Origin: an uncultured Dehalococcoidales bacterium
Lineage (GTDB): Bacteria > Chloroflexota > Dehalococcoidia > GIF9 > AB-539-J10
Assembly (NCBI GenBank): GCA_964429285.1
Contig: CAYSBO010000002.1
Location: 1 to 42,601 of the forward strand
Direction: 5' to 3'
DNA length: 42,601 bases
Positions within the stretch are counted from its first letter, which is position 1; every line of letters starts with the position of its first letter. This document shows, in pieces, positions 30,797 through 40,876 of the stretch. The notes under the pieces are model-generated. The model was not told where the DNA came from. It worked only from the letters and a program-made list of their open reading frames with translations, and did no database searches. A program made the position numbers and the translations under genes.

Positions 30797-33700
30797 ATGC
30801 CGCGGAAGTTTGCCCATCTTCACGTCCACACGGAATACAGCCTGCTCGATGGTATGTGCCGCATCCCTCACCTAGTTGCCCGCGCTAAAGAGTTGGGCAT
30901 GGACAGCCTTGCGATCACTGATCATGGTGCTATGTATGGCGTTATAGATTTCTATACGGCAGCTAAGGAAGCAGGTATAAAGCCAATCATTGGCTGCGAA
31001 GTGTACGTCGCTGACACCGACCGCCGTAGTCGAGAACCGGCCCGCAAAAGCCCCTATCACCTTACTCTGCTGGCCAAGAGTGAGAAGGGCTACCGCAATT
31101 TGCTTCAACTGGTTACCAAAAGCCACCTCGAGGGATTCTACTACAAGCCACGGGTAGACAAAGAGCTTCTAGAGCTTCATCATGATGGGCTTATCGCGCT
31201 TTCTGGATGCGCTCACGGGGAACTGGCTCGGCTTATTCTGGAGGGGCGCGGTGACGACCTTGCCAAAGCGGCTTTGTGGTACAAAGAGGTCTTCGGGGAT
31301 TACTACCTGGAGATTCAAAGACACCCCATTCCCGAACTGGAGCAAATAAATCAAGAGCTCATTTCTCTATCCACTAAACTGGATATACCGCCAGTGGCTA
31401 CGTTTGATGTGCATTACGTTGACAAGAAAGACGCCCCGGCCCATGAGCTTCTTCTGTGTATACAGACCAACACCTCGGTATATGATGAGAAAAGGCTGAA
31501 GATGGCCGGCGATTTCTTCTATCTGAAAAGTCCCGGAGAGGTGGAAGAACTATTTGCTGACTTACCTCAGGCAGTAGAGAACACCCAGGTTGTGGCTGAC
31601 ATGTGCCGGTTGGAGCTGGATTTTACCAAACTCCGTCTGCCCCAGGTAGAGCTTCCCGCAGGAAAGACAGCTGACGATTTCCTGGCTGAGCTGTGTTGGC
31701 AAGGCCTGGAGAAACGTTACCCGGCCGGATTGCATCGTGAAGAGGTCAAGGCCCAGTTCAGCCACGAGCTTGATGTCATCCAGAAAACAAAGTTTGCCCC
31801 CTACTTCCTGGTTGTTTGGGACATAATCAGCTTTACCAGAAAACGGGGCATCTATTTTGGTGTTCGGGGAAGTGCTGCTGCGAGCGTGGCCCTGTACTGT
31901 CTGGAAATCACCGATATAGACCCCCTGAGCCATGGCCTGGTTTTTGAACGGTTCCTCAATGTCGAGCGCCGTGAGCTGCCTGATATTGACCTTGATTTTC
32001 AGGATGATCGTCGCGACGAAGTCCTTGCCTACGTCAACGAGAAATACGGCCACGACCACGTGGCCCAAATAATTACCTTCGGCACCCTGGGAGCCAGAGC
32101 GGCGATACGCGATACCGGAAGGGCTCTGGGTATGCCTTATGCTCAGGTTGACCGGGTGGCCCGACTTATTCCTATTGAGCTGACCATAACGCTGGACAGG
32201 GCTTTGGAACAGAGCAGGGAGCTTTATGAAATCTACCACCAGGACGAGGCAATACGTAACCTGGTTGACTCGGCCAGAAAACTAGAGGGCATGGTCAGGC
32301 ACGTTAGCACTCATGCCGCCGGGGTGGTGATCGCGCATGAGTCCCTGATTGAATACGTGCCACTACAACCATTGGGAAGGGGCGAATCCCGACAGGTTGG
32401 AATCATGACTCAGTTCCACATGTGGAACATCGCCCGCCTGGGGCTGCTGAAGATGGACTTTCTGGGGTTGTCCAATTTGACCATTCTGGCCAGAGTCAAA
32501 GAAATCATAGCCCAGAATTATGGAATCTCTTTGGATCTGCAGCATATCCCTGTGGATGATGCCAAGACTTTTGAGTTGCTTGCCTCGGGAGAAACCAGAG
32601 GCATCTTCCAACTGGAAGGCGCAGGGATGCGTCGTTACATCAAGGAACTCAAACCCACTAGCTTCAGCGATATCGCAGCCATGGTGGCACTCTACCGTCC
32701 CGGCCCCATGGAGCAGCTTCCCACTTTTATTAGAGCAAAGCAGGGTGCCGTCCCTGTCCATTATCCCCATCCGATTCTAAGAGAAGTCCTGGAAGAAACC
32801 TACGGGGTTATCGTTTATCAGGAGCAGGTAATATTCATCGCCCAGGCTCTAGCCGGCTATAGCTTGGGCCAGGCTGACATCTTTCGCAAAGCTATGGGCA
32901 AGAAGATACCTGCGGTGATGAAAAAAGAGGAGCGCAACTTCATCGCTGGCGCACAGAAAAGAGGCATATCAACGGAACTGGCCAGGGAGGTATTCTCCCT
33001 GATCGAGCCTTTCGCTGGCTACGCTTTCAACAAAGCCCATAGTGTCAGTTATGCTCTGATTGCCTACCGCACCGCCTATCTTAAGGCGAATTATCCCACT
33101 GAGTACATGGTTGCCTTACTTGACACCTATTCGGACAATATGGATAAGGTTCGTTCGGCAATTGCTGAATGTCGCCGACTCGGCATCAAGGTGCTTCCGC
33201 CGGACGTAAACAAGAGCCGTGCTAGCTTTACCATTGAAAAGCAAGATGACAAGGACACGGCTATTCGTTTCGGCCTGGCTTCTATCAAGAATGTTGGCTC
33301 CTCCCCGATTGACCATATGTTGTCTGACCGGGACTCAGGGGGCGACTTTATGTCCATAGAGGATTTCTGCTATCGAATTGACCTTCATAATATCAACAAG
33401 AAAGCGTTGGAAAGCTTGATCAAAGTTGGTGCCTTTGACTCCCTGGGCAGCCGTAAGACACTACTGGAGTCCCTGAACAGGAATATCTCTCTGGCTCAAA
33501 TGAAACGAAGAGCAAAGGAATCGGGACAGGTGAGCATGTTTGATTCGTTGACTCCGGACTCTTCTATCCCACGTGTCGATAACGGACATGCGGAGGAAGA
33601 AGTATCGATGCAGCAGAAGCTTATCTGGGAAAGAGAGCTGTCAGGCGTCTACTTTTCCCGCCCCCTTGATTCGCTCGCTGGAGAGTTGTCTTCATCAGGA

Positions 33701-34255
33701 GCCGTTTCGTGCGGTGAGATAAACGCGGACATGGCCGGTGAAACGGTGACCGTTTCCGGGATAGTGGTCTCGGTGCGGCAAGCTTACACTCGAGATAAAC
33801 GCACGTTTGTGGTTGCCTCGATCGAAAACCTGGACGGCACTATCGAGGTCATCGCCTGGCCGAGGCTCTACGAGAGCACTCAGGGACTCTGGCAGGAGGG
33901 CAACGTCGTCACAGCGAAGGGCATAGTGAAGGTCAGGGACGGGGAAATACAACTGAACTGCCAAGATGCGACGCTTTTGCCCGCGCGCCAAGAAGTGCTG
34001 AGAGAACCCAAGCCTCACCATGTCATTGTAGATATTAACCAGTCGGACGACGCGCAAAAGGACATTGAGTGCCTGCACAGAATAGTGAGTATCCTCAAGA
34101 GTTATCCCGGGCAGGACAAGGTCTCTCTGGCTATTGTCACCAACGGAGAGAGAACTAACCTGGAAATACCAGACATAACAGTAGACTATTGCCCTGAATT
34201 AGCCACACAATTAAGCAGTATAGTAGGCGACGGTAACTTAAGGCTGGGGTCGTAA
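30797..34255 (+). CDS. dnaE: DNA polymerase III alpha subunit
   Basis: 1152 aa with the PHP domain FAHLHVHTEYSLLDG and the polymerase core motifs LPDIDLDF, GLLKMDFLGL and ALYRPGP, plus a C-terminal OB-like region. Confidence 0.95.
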   Translation: MPRKFAHLHVHTEYSLLDGMCRIPHLVARAKELGMDSLAITDHGAMYGVIDFYTAAKEAGIKPIIGCEVYVADTDRRSREPARKSPYHLTLLAKSEKGYRNLLQLVTKSHLEGFYYKPRVDKELLELHHDGLIALSGCAHGELARLILEGRGDDLAKAALWYKEVFGDYYLEIQRHPIPELEQINQELISLSTKLDIPPVATFDVHYVDKKDAPAHELLLCIQTNTSVYDEKRLKMAGDFFYLKSPGEVEELFADLPQAVENTQVVADMCRLELDFTKLRLPQVELPAGKTADDFLAELCWQGLEKRYPAGLHREEVKAQFSHELDVIQKTKFAPYFLVVWDIISFTRKRGIYFGVRGSAAASVALYCLEITDIDPLSHGLVFERFLNVERRELPDIDLDFQDDRRDEVLAYVNEKYGHDHVAQIITFGTLGARAAIRDTGRALGMPYAQVDRVARLIPIELTITLDRALEQSRELYEIYHQDEAIRNLVDSARKLEGMVRHVSTHAAGVVIAHESLIEYVPLQPLGRGESRQVGIMTQFHMWNIARLGLLKMDFLGLSNLTILARVKEIIAQNYGISLDLQHIPVDDAKTFELLASGETRGIFQLEGAGMRRYIKELKPTSFSDIAAMVALYRPGPMEQLPTFIRAKQGAVPVHYPHPILREVLEETYGVIVYQEQVIFIAQALAGYSLGQADIFRKAMGKKIPAVMKKEERNFIAGAQKRGISTELAREVFSLIEPFAGYAFNKAHSVSYALIAYRTAYLKANYPTEYMVALLDTYSDNMDKVRSAIAECRRLGIKVLPPDVNKSRASFTIEKQDDKDTAIRFGLASIKNVGSSPIDHMLSDRDSGGDFMSIEDFCYRIDLHNINKKALESLIKVGAFDSLGSRKTLLESLNRNISLAQMKRRAKESGQVSMFDSLTPDSSIPRVDNGHAEEEVSMQQKLIWERELSGVYFSRPLDSLAGELSSSGAVSCGEINADMAGETVTVSGIVVSVRQAYTRDKRTFVVASIENLDGTIEVIAWPRLYESTQGLWQEGNVVTAKGIVKVRDGEIQLNCQDATLLPARQEVLREPKPHHVIVDINQSDDAQKDIECLHRIVSILKSYPGQDKVSLAIVTNGERTNLEIPDITVDYCPELATQLSSIVGDGNLRLGS

Positions 34256-34312
34256 GCCGAGCCTGAACCACGAAGCAATCCTGGAAAAGAATCCGCTGGG
34301 CTGGAAGTCGCT

Positions 34313-34338
34313 GGGAATAGACGCTATTCCCTTTTCTT
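34313..34338 (+). terminator. Rho-independent terminator after dnaE
   Basis: GGGAATA-gacgc-TATTCCC (7-bp perfect stem, 5-nt loop) followed by TTTTCTT. Confidence 0.6.
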
Positions 34339-34354
34339 GGTATATTTGAGTTTT

Positions 34355-35554
34355 ATGTTCCACGAGATTCCCTCGGGCGGTGTTACCTCGGCTTCAGGAT
34401 TTCTGGCCGGGGCAATACATGCTGGAATAAAAAGCGGAAATGAGCTTGATCTGGCTATTCTCTGCTCTGGAGCACCCTGCACAGTCGCTGGCGTTTTCAC
34501 TGCCAACCAGGTCAAATCTGCTCCCGTTGTCCTATCCCAGAGGCACGTAGGGAAGAGGCAGTCGCAAGCCATAGTAGTGAATTCGGGTTGTGCCAATGCT
34601 TGCATGGGCCCCCAAGGACTGGCGGATGCCCTGGAAATGGCAAACCTGGCCGCAGCAAATCTGCACATCTCTGTCGAGGATGTCCTCGTTGCCAGCACCG
34701 GCATCATCGGAGTGCCTTTGCCCATGGCCACAATCAGGACCGCAATGCCCGATATCAAACCAACCAAAGGGGGAGGTCACGATTTCTGCCGGGCAATAAT
34801 GACCACGGATACCATGCCCAAGGAAACGGCAGTCCGCGTAGTCTCAGGAGGAGTGAAATTCACCATCGGAGGAGCGGCCAAAGGGATAGGCATGGTTCAT
34901 CCCAACCTTGCTACCATGCTATGTTTCTTGGCCACCGACGCTGCGGTGAGCAGTGGTTTTCTACAAGCGGCGTTACAAAAGGCGGTGGACTGCTCTTTCA
35001 ACATGGTAAGCATTGACGGCGATACCAGCCCTAACGATTGCGCATTCTTATTGGCCAATGGCCTGGCTGGTAACGAACCCATTGACTTCGATAGCGGCGA
35101 GGCTTTTCAAGGAGCTCTGAATGCAGTTTGCGTTCATCTGGCTAAGAGTATGGCCCGGGATGGAGAGGGAGCCACAAAGCTTATTGAAGTCATAGTAGAA
35201 GGGGCGGAAGATCAGGCTGACGCTCGGCAGGCAGCCAGGACCGTCGCCAGTTCATCGCTGGTGAAGGCAGCCATCCATGGCAGCGACCCCAACTGGGGGC
35301 GTATGGTCGCTGCCATGGGACGAAGTGGGGCCAGGGTGAGCGAAGACAGGCTCGATGTCTATTTGAACGACGTGTGTGTCATGAAGCAGGGTTGCCCCGC
35401 CCACTTCAACAAAGAAGAAACGAAACTAGTTTTGAGCAACAGCCAGAATGTACTGATCAGGCTATGCCTCCATTTGGGAGATGGCCAAGCCACCGCCTGG
35501 GGCTGCGACCTCTCTGAGGAATATGTTAGGATAAACAGTACTCATACTACATAA
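34355..35554 (+). CDS. argJ: Bifunctional ornithine acetyltransferase / N-acetylglutamate synthase ArgJ
   Basis: It has the PNLATMLCFLATDA autoprocessing site (ATML) and a GVTSASGF N-terminus. ATG 34355 is preferred because the track's TTG at 34337 lies inside the terminator U-tract. Confidence 0.9.
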   Translation: MFHEIPSGGVTSASGFLAGAIHAGIKSGNELDLAILCSGAPCTVAGVFTANQVKSAPVVLSQRHVGKRQSQAIVVNSGCANACMGPQGLADALEMANLAAANLHISVEDVLVASTGIIGVPLPMATIRTAMPDIKPTKGGGHDFCRAIMTTDTMPKETAVRVVSGGVKFTIGGAAKGIGMVHPNLATMLCFLATDAAVSSGFLQAALQKAVDCSFNMVSIDGDTSPNDCAFLLANGLAGNEPIDFDSGEAFQGALNAVCVHLAKSMARDGEGATKLIEVIVEGAEDQADARQAARTVASSSLVKAAIHGSDPNWGRMVAAMGRSGARVSEDRLDVYLNDVCVMKQGCPAHFNKEETKLVLSNSQNVLIRLCLHLGDGQATAWGCDLSEEYVRINSTHTT

Positions 35555-36345
35555 TGCGGAAAGAAATCATTGTAGTCAAGATTGGTGGCAGTACTCTGGG
35601 GAGCCATGACACCACGTTAGAGGACCTGGTGGAGCTTCAGAAAAGGGACAAATTCCTGGTCGTGGTTCATGGTGGTGGCAAGGTCACTTCTGAGTGGTTG
35701 GGCCGGCTGGGCATCCCCAGCAGCTTTGTGAACGGGCTGAGGGTCACCGATGATGAGGTGCTGAAGGTGGTGGCTGCGGCGTTGGGGGGCCTGGTTAACA
35801 AGGAGCTGGTGGTGGCCATACAGGCTCTAGGCGGAAAGGCAGTGGGTCTGAGCGGCTGCGACGGTAAACTGCTCTGGGCCAGCGTCAAGGGTCCGGGGCT
35901 GGGTTATGTCGGGGAAGTTGTAGCGGTGGACCCCACTCCGTTGAAGCTATTACTAGGGGCTGGCTATATGCCAGTGGTTGCACCAATAAGTTTCGGGTTG
36001 GTCGAAGGCCGGACGAAACTCCTCAATGTGAACGGGGACACTGCAGCGGGAGAAATTGCCGCGGCGTTGGGGGCAAAGAGACTTGTGTTCCTTACTGATG
36101 TCGACGGTATTCACGATGGGTCGAGGAAGGTGGTTCACAGGCTCAGCGTGGCTGATGCCAGAGATTTGCTGGCCTCCGGCGTAGCTTCCGGGGGGATGAT
36201 CCCCAAACTGGAAGCCAGTCTCAGGGCCCTGACCGCTACACAGGAGGTACACATCATAGACGGCAGAATTGCCCATGCCCTGCTCCGTGACACTGCCGGG
36301 CCGCCTCAGCAAACTGAACGAAGAGGTACAGTAATTGTCGACTAG
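35554..36345 (+). CDS. argB: Acetylglutamate kinase
   Basis: 263 aa with IVVKIGGS, VVVHGGG and NVNGDTAAGEIA. It has a TAATG overlap with argJ. Confidence 0.9.
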   Translation: MRKEIIVVKIGGSTLGSHDTTLEDLVELQKRDKFLVVVHGGGKVTSEWLGRLGIPSSFVNGLRVTDDEVLKVVAAALGGLVNKELVVAIQALGGKAVGLSGCDGKLLWASVKGPGLGYVGEVVAVDPTPLKLLLGAGYMPVVAPISFGLVEGRTKLLNVNGDTAAGEIAAALGAKRLVFLTDVDGIHDGSRKVVHRLSVADARDLLASGVASGGMIPKLEASLRALTATQEVHIIDGRIAHALLRDTAGPPQQTERRGTVIVD

Positions 36346-37546
36346 TAAGTGGCAAGAACTGGAACAGAGGTTGTTCCTCAGAACAGTGAATAGAGTCCCT
36401 GTTACTCTTGTTCGCGGTCAAGGGGCTCTGGTCTGGGACGACGAGGGCAAAGAATACCTGGACTTCGTTGGTGGTTGGGCGGTGAATAGCCTCGGGCATT
36501 GCCCTCCTGTTGTAGTCGAGGCCCTGGAAAAGCAAGCCAGAACCTTGATTCAGGCTTCCAACCAGTTTTATACCATTCCGCAAATAGAGCTGGCACAACT
36601 ACTCGTCGAGCATAGTTGTCTTGATAGGGTATTCTTCTGCAACAGTGGGGTCGAAGCGAACGAAGGGGCATTGAAGCTGGCTCGCAGATATGGAAAACTT
36701 CGACTCAATGGTGCCTATGAGGTTGTTACGACCCACAGTTCTTTCCATGGCCGGAGTCTGGCTATGACTGCCGCTACAGGGCAGAGCAAATTTCAGGAGC
36801 CTTACATACCTCTACCTAACGGCTTCGTCAACGTTGAATACGACAACGTCGACGCCGTAAAGCAAGCGACCAGTGAACAGACCTGCGCTGTAATTCTGGA
36901 GCCTATCCAGGGAGAAGGAGGAGTGAACGTACCGAACGACGACTACCTCAGAAGGGTGCAAGGCTGGTGTCGGGAAAAGGGAATACTCTTCATTCTGGAT
37001 GAAATCCAGACGGGGATTGGAAGGACAGGAACCCTGTTCGCCTATGAGCGATATGGAGTTGAGCCAGATATAATGACCCTGGCCAAAGGCCTGGGCAGCG
37101 GCGTGCCCATCGGTGCTCTCTTAGCCAGAGAGCATGTCTCCCTGTTTTCCCCAGGTGAGCATGGCTCCACATTCGGTGGCAACCCTCTGGTTTGTGCCGC
37201 CGCTTATGCCGGCCTTAACTACATCATTGACAACGACATACCGGCAAAGGTTGAGCGGGTGGGGAATTACTTCATGACCAGACTGGAAGAACTGAAGCAC
37301 CAGTTTGATGCCGCTACTGAGGTTAGGGGTCGAGGATTGCTGATCGCTCTGGAATTCAGCCAGGAAATCGCAGATGAGTTGGTACTGGCTTGTGTGGATA
37401 GGGGTCTACTGGTTAACAAGGTGAGGCCCAACGCTCTGCGCTTCATGCCTCCTCTTATAGTCACCGAGAAAGAGGTAGACAGGGCAATAGACATCCTGGT
37501 CGATGCGCTAATGGAGAAATTACAGGCTCCAGGTGCGAAATCGTAA
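36335..37546 (+). CDS. argD: Acetylornithine aminotransferase
   Basis: 403 aa. The class-III aminotransferase motifs are FCNSGVEANEGALKLAR, LDEIQTGIGRTG and TLAKGLGSG (PLP Lys). It has a TTG start. Confidence 0.85.
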   Translation: MSTSKWQELEQRLFLRTVNRVPVTLVRGQGALVWDDEGKEYLDFVGGWAVNSLGHCPPVVVEALEKQARTLIQASNQFYTIPQIELAQLLVEHSCLDRVFFCNSGVEANEGALKLARRYGKLRLNGAYEVVTTHSSFHGRSLAMTAATGQSKFQEPYIPLPNGFVNVEYDNVDAVKQATSEQTCAVILEPIQGEGGVNVPNDDYLRRVQGWCREKGILFILDEIQTGIGRTGTLFAYERYGVEPDIMTLAKGLGSGVPIGALLAREHVSLFSPGEHGSTFGGNPLVCAAAYAGLNYIIDNDIPAKVERVGNYFMTRLEELKHQFDAATEVRGRGLLIALEFSQEIADELVLACVDRGLLVNKVRPNALRFMPPLIVTEKEVDRAIDILVDALMEKLQAPGAKS

Positions 37547-37652
37547 ATGGTAGGGTTGGCCAGAGTTTGGAATACGGCACGCGTTTTGAGCATTTCAATT
37601 CTGAGTGTGTTCAAGATTCAGAGCCTGATCTAGTGAAAAGGGAGGCTAGGAA

Positions 37653-38855
37653 ATGTCAGATAAGATAGTATTGGCCTACAGTGGTGGTCTGGACACCTCG
37701 GTAGCCATCAAATGGCTGGAAGAAAGATATGGCTTGAAGGTGATCACCTTCACCCTGGACATAGGCAGTGTACCCGACCTTGAGTCTATACGACAGAAAG
37801 CGCTGAGAGTTGGAGCGCTAAGAGCACTCGTGTTCGACGGTAGGGAATCCTTTGTCCGGTCATTTGTTTTTCCTGCCCTCCAGGCCGACGCCGTCTACGA
37901 AGGGCAGTATCCCTTAGCTACCGCTTTGGGGCGACCCCTCATTGCTCAACTTCTGGTGGAAACAGCCAGAAAAGAAGGGGCGACAGTGGTAGCCCACGGC
38001 TGCACCGGCAAGGGCAATGACCAGGTAAGGATTGACGTAGGCGTGGCAGCTCTGGCCCCTGAGCTCAAGGTAATTGCTCCAGCTCGGGAATGGAATATGA
38101 CCCGGGAGCAAACAATAGAATATGCCGAGGCTCACCATATTCCTGTTCCTATCACCAGGGCCAGTCCCTATTCCATCGATGAAAACCTGTGGGGTAGAAG
38201 CATCGAATGTGGCGTACTTGAAGATACATGGAATGAACCTCCCGACGATGTATTCCTGTGGACAAAACCTCCTGGCGAGACGCCGGCCCGGCCTGCTTAC
38301 CTGGAGATTGGTTTTGATCAAGGGATACCGGTGAGTCTTGATCAGCGTAAACTGGACGGAGTTACGCTGGTTCAGAAAGTACATGACCTGGCCGCTCAGC
38401 ATGGGGTGGGCAGGATAGACCACGTCGAAAATAGGCTGGTGGGCATAAAATCGCGAGAGGTTTATGAGGCGCCAGCTGCCACAGTGCTTCTGAAAGCTCA
38501 CCAGGCCTTGGAAGACCTGGTGCTGGCAAAGGAACAAATCCGCTTCAAGGCGAAGGTAGCTGCTGAGTATGCCGATCTCATCTACAACGGGCTGTGGTTT
38601 ACGGGTCTGCGCCAGGACCTGGCGGCCTATGTAGAAAGCACACAGAGGTATGTCACGGGAACTGTGAGGTTGAAGCTTTTGAAGGGCAACTGCCAGATAG
38701 TGGGCAGGAAGTCACCTTATTCCTTGTACGACTACAGCCTGGCTACTTACGACAAGGGCGACGCCTTTGACCAGAGTGCCGCCCCTGGCTTCATCCACAT
38801 CTGGGGTCTGCCGGCCAGGACCCAGGCCAGGGTGCAGCCTCCGAAGGCATCCTGA
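37653..38855 (+). CDS. argG: Argininosuccinate synthase
   Basis: 400 aa with KIVLAYSGGLDTS, AHGCTGKGNDQVR and ENRLVGIKSREVYE. SD AAGGGAGG lies upstream. Confidence 0.95.
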   Translation: MSDKIVLAYSGGLDTSVAIKWLEERYGLKVITFTLDIGSVPDLESIRQKALRVGALRALVFDGRESFVRSFVFPALQADAVYEGQYPLATALGRPLIAQLLVETARKEGATVVAHGCTGKGNDQVRIDVGVAALAPELKVIAPAREWNMTREQTIEYAEAHHIPVPITRASPYSIDENLWGRSIECGVLEDTWNEPPDDVFLWTKPPGETPARPAYLEIGFDQGIPVSLDQRKLDGVTLVQKVHDLAAQHGVGRIDHVENRLVGIKSREVYEAPAATVLLKAHQALEDLVLAKEQIRFKAKVAAEYADLIYNGLWFTGLRQDLAAYVESTQRYVTGTVRLKLLKGNCQIVGRKSPYSLYDYSLATYDKGDAFDQSAAPGFIHIWGLPARTQARVQPPKAS

Positions 38856-39100
38856 TCCGGGATTGTCTGACACTTCGGTTGCCTTACTAGGTGGGGGAGG
38901 CTTATTCCAAGTGCTAAACCCGGTAATGCAACCTTCTCCGCCTTTCTGCATTATAGTAATCGATGGGCGAGCACCTGATAAGAGCTGAGGAGAGCCGTGT
39001 TTTGGCATGGAACGACGGTCTTGGTATGAGTCTATGATAGCTCTCTGCCATGGATGCAGATGACCTGGCTTACCAGAGTACTGTCGAGAGGAGTTAGGAA

Positions 39101-39847
39101 TTGAGAAGGAGACTACTTATTGCAGCGGCAGTGGTGATAGCGGCTGGTCTGATTACCTATGGGGTCCTTGCAGCGATATCATCTCCGGTACATCTTGAGT
39201 TCGATTTTTGTCAGGGCGCCCAGGGCTGGGAAGCTGGCTTTGCCGAGTACGCTCCGGACATGGAAGACACCATGCAGCTTGAGGCTGGGATAAGTCCACT
39301 GCCATCGGAGCTTGAAAGTGAATGCACCGGTTACTATTTGCAGGGGATGAATAGCCCGGATGACCTCTTCATGTTCCTCAAGCGCCGACTGGGGACCGAT
39401 GATGGTATAGAGCCTGGCCAGAAGTACCGCGTAACATACACCATAGTGTTTGCTTCGAATGCACCCAGCGGGGCTGCTGGCATCGGTGGCCCTCCGGGCG
39501 AATCTGTGTTCCTGAAAGCAGGTGCCTCCGCGGTGGAGCCTGAGGTTTATCTTGATTCTGCTACTGACTATTATGTTATGAATGTTGATAAGGGATTGGG
39601 CAATAGCGGCGAAGGAAAGGCGGCGTCGGTAGTCGGGCACATCGCTAATGGCCTTTCCGCCGATGAAATTGACATAACAGACCCGCCATACGTCTCCCTC
39701 GTTCGAGAGCACACGCACAGATATAAGGTCACCGCCAGTCCGGATGGCGAACTCTGGTTGCTGGTAGGCACCGATTCTGGCTTTGAGGGACTTACCGGCA
39801 TCTACTATCAGCGCATAGAGGTTACGCTGAGCCCTTCGATATTGTAG
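39101..39847 (+). CDS. Hypothetical N-terminally membrane-anchored or secreted protein, no recognisable domain
   Basis: 248 aa. The TTG start sits 7 nt after GAGAGGAG. The N-terminal RRRLLIAAAVVIAAGLITYGVLAAI is a TM segment or signal. The remainder is acidic and Gly/Ser-rich with no motif I recognise. Confidence 0.55.
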   Translation: MRRRLLIAAAVVIAAGLITYGVLAAISSPVHLEFDFCQGAQGWEAGFAEYAPDMEDTMQLEAGISPLPSELESECTGYYLQGMNSPDDLFMFLKRRLGTDDGIEPGQKYRVTYTIVFASNAPSGAAGIGGPPGESVFLKAGASAVEPEVYLDSATDYYVMNVDKGLGNSGEGKAASVVGHIANGLSADEIDITDPPYVSLVREHTHRYKVTASPDGELWLLVGTDSGFEGLTGIYYQRIEVTLSPSIL

Positions 39848-39985
39848 TCCTTGGCATTGGTCCTCCACTGTGGCCGGTGCTGGATAGTCGCCCCAAGATA
39901 TCACGGAACCAGGGAGCCAGGAATCTGGCCCCGTAAGTCTAGGCGGTTGGCAGAAAAGCGTGCTCAGGGCGGGAAGCGGGCGATG

Positions 39986-40693
39986 CTAACCGGTGTTCTC
40001 AGAAATCGCGTTGACGGCTACAATTATCTCTGCGAGCAACCCGAATATTTTAGCCTTCTCTTTACTCTGTATGTGAAATCCGGCCTGAATCAGGCTTTTC
40101 TCTGCGTAGATCGGTCTGGAACCGACATATTTTGGGCATTTATTGTGTACCCACTCATAGAGCCTCAGGAATATGGATTCCCCGTTTTCCTTTGACATAC
40201 AGGCCACTCCCAGCCTTGCCCCCGGCTTCAGCACTCTCCTTATCTCGCCCAGCACCCTGGGAATCTCGGGTGTATCCACGACCTCCAAGGTGAAGCTCAT
40301 GAAAACGGCATCGTAGACCTGGTCAGCAAAGGGCAGGCAGGTTGCATCGCCACAATATAGCTCAGCTCTGTTAGCCAGTCCCGCATTCTCCAGTCTTTTC
40401 CTGGTTATCTGCATCATGCGAGGGGCAATATCGATACCACAAACCCTTCCCGTTCGGCCGATGGATTCTGTGACGAGCTTCAGGCAGTGCCCTGTGCCGA
40501 ACCCAATTTCCAGAACCGTTTCCCCTTCTGCAATTGACAGGCGTTGCAGCGCCAGCCTTCCGTACTTTTGCCCCACCGCTCCTATCGTGTAGCCGTAGTA
40601 TCTGCTGAGCGAGTCGTAGGCTTGCCTGGCTTCCTCCTTGGTTCTGGGGACCGGAAGTATGTCCGACACCTTTGACTCGTTTTCTCGGTTCAC
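39986..40693 (-). CDS. Class I SAM-dependent methyltransferase
   Basis: 235 aa with motif I VLEIGFGTGH, and DAVFMSFTLE and LKPGARL. The GTG start has no clear SD, so the start is uncertain. Confidence 0.75.
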   Translation of the reverse strand: MNRENESKVSDILPVPRTKEEARQAYDSLSRYYGYTIGAVGQKYGRLALQRLSIAEGETVLEIGFGTGHCLKLVTESIGRTGRVCGIDIAPRMMQITRKRLENAGLANRAELYCGDATCLPFADQVYDAVFMSFTLEVVDTPEIPRVLGEIRRVLKPGARLGVACMSKENGESIFLRLYEWVHNKCPKYVGSRPIYAEKSLIQAGFHIQSKEKAKIFGLLAEIIVAVNAISENTG

Positions 40694-40846
40694 GTTTCTG
40701 AGCGCAGCGTAGCATATTCCAGCACGGGCATAAAACGTTTGTGAGCATCTGCAGAGTGGAGCGGCAACCAGTCATAGTGGCATGATAGGCATACCTCCAA
40801 TGATAAGACTAGCGGTTCCAGGAATGCGGCACACACCTTAGATCTG

Positions 40847-40855
40847 TGCTAGAAT
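40847..40855 (+). promoter_or_regulatory. Extended -10 element TGcTAGAAT upstream of the thioesterase gene
   Basis: tgctagaat at 40847-40855 is followed by the GGAGGAA SD and ATG 40877. No good -35 is present. Confidence 0.3.
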
Positions 40856-40876
40856 GTCGCGACGGAGGAAATCAAG

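Noticed and set aside
34355-38855. An incomplete arginine operon (argJ-argB-argD-argG without argC, argF or argH) as a possible anomaly.
   Set aside because: Split arg regulons are common, and the missing genes are probably elsewhere in the genome. This is not informative within one window.
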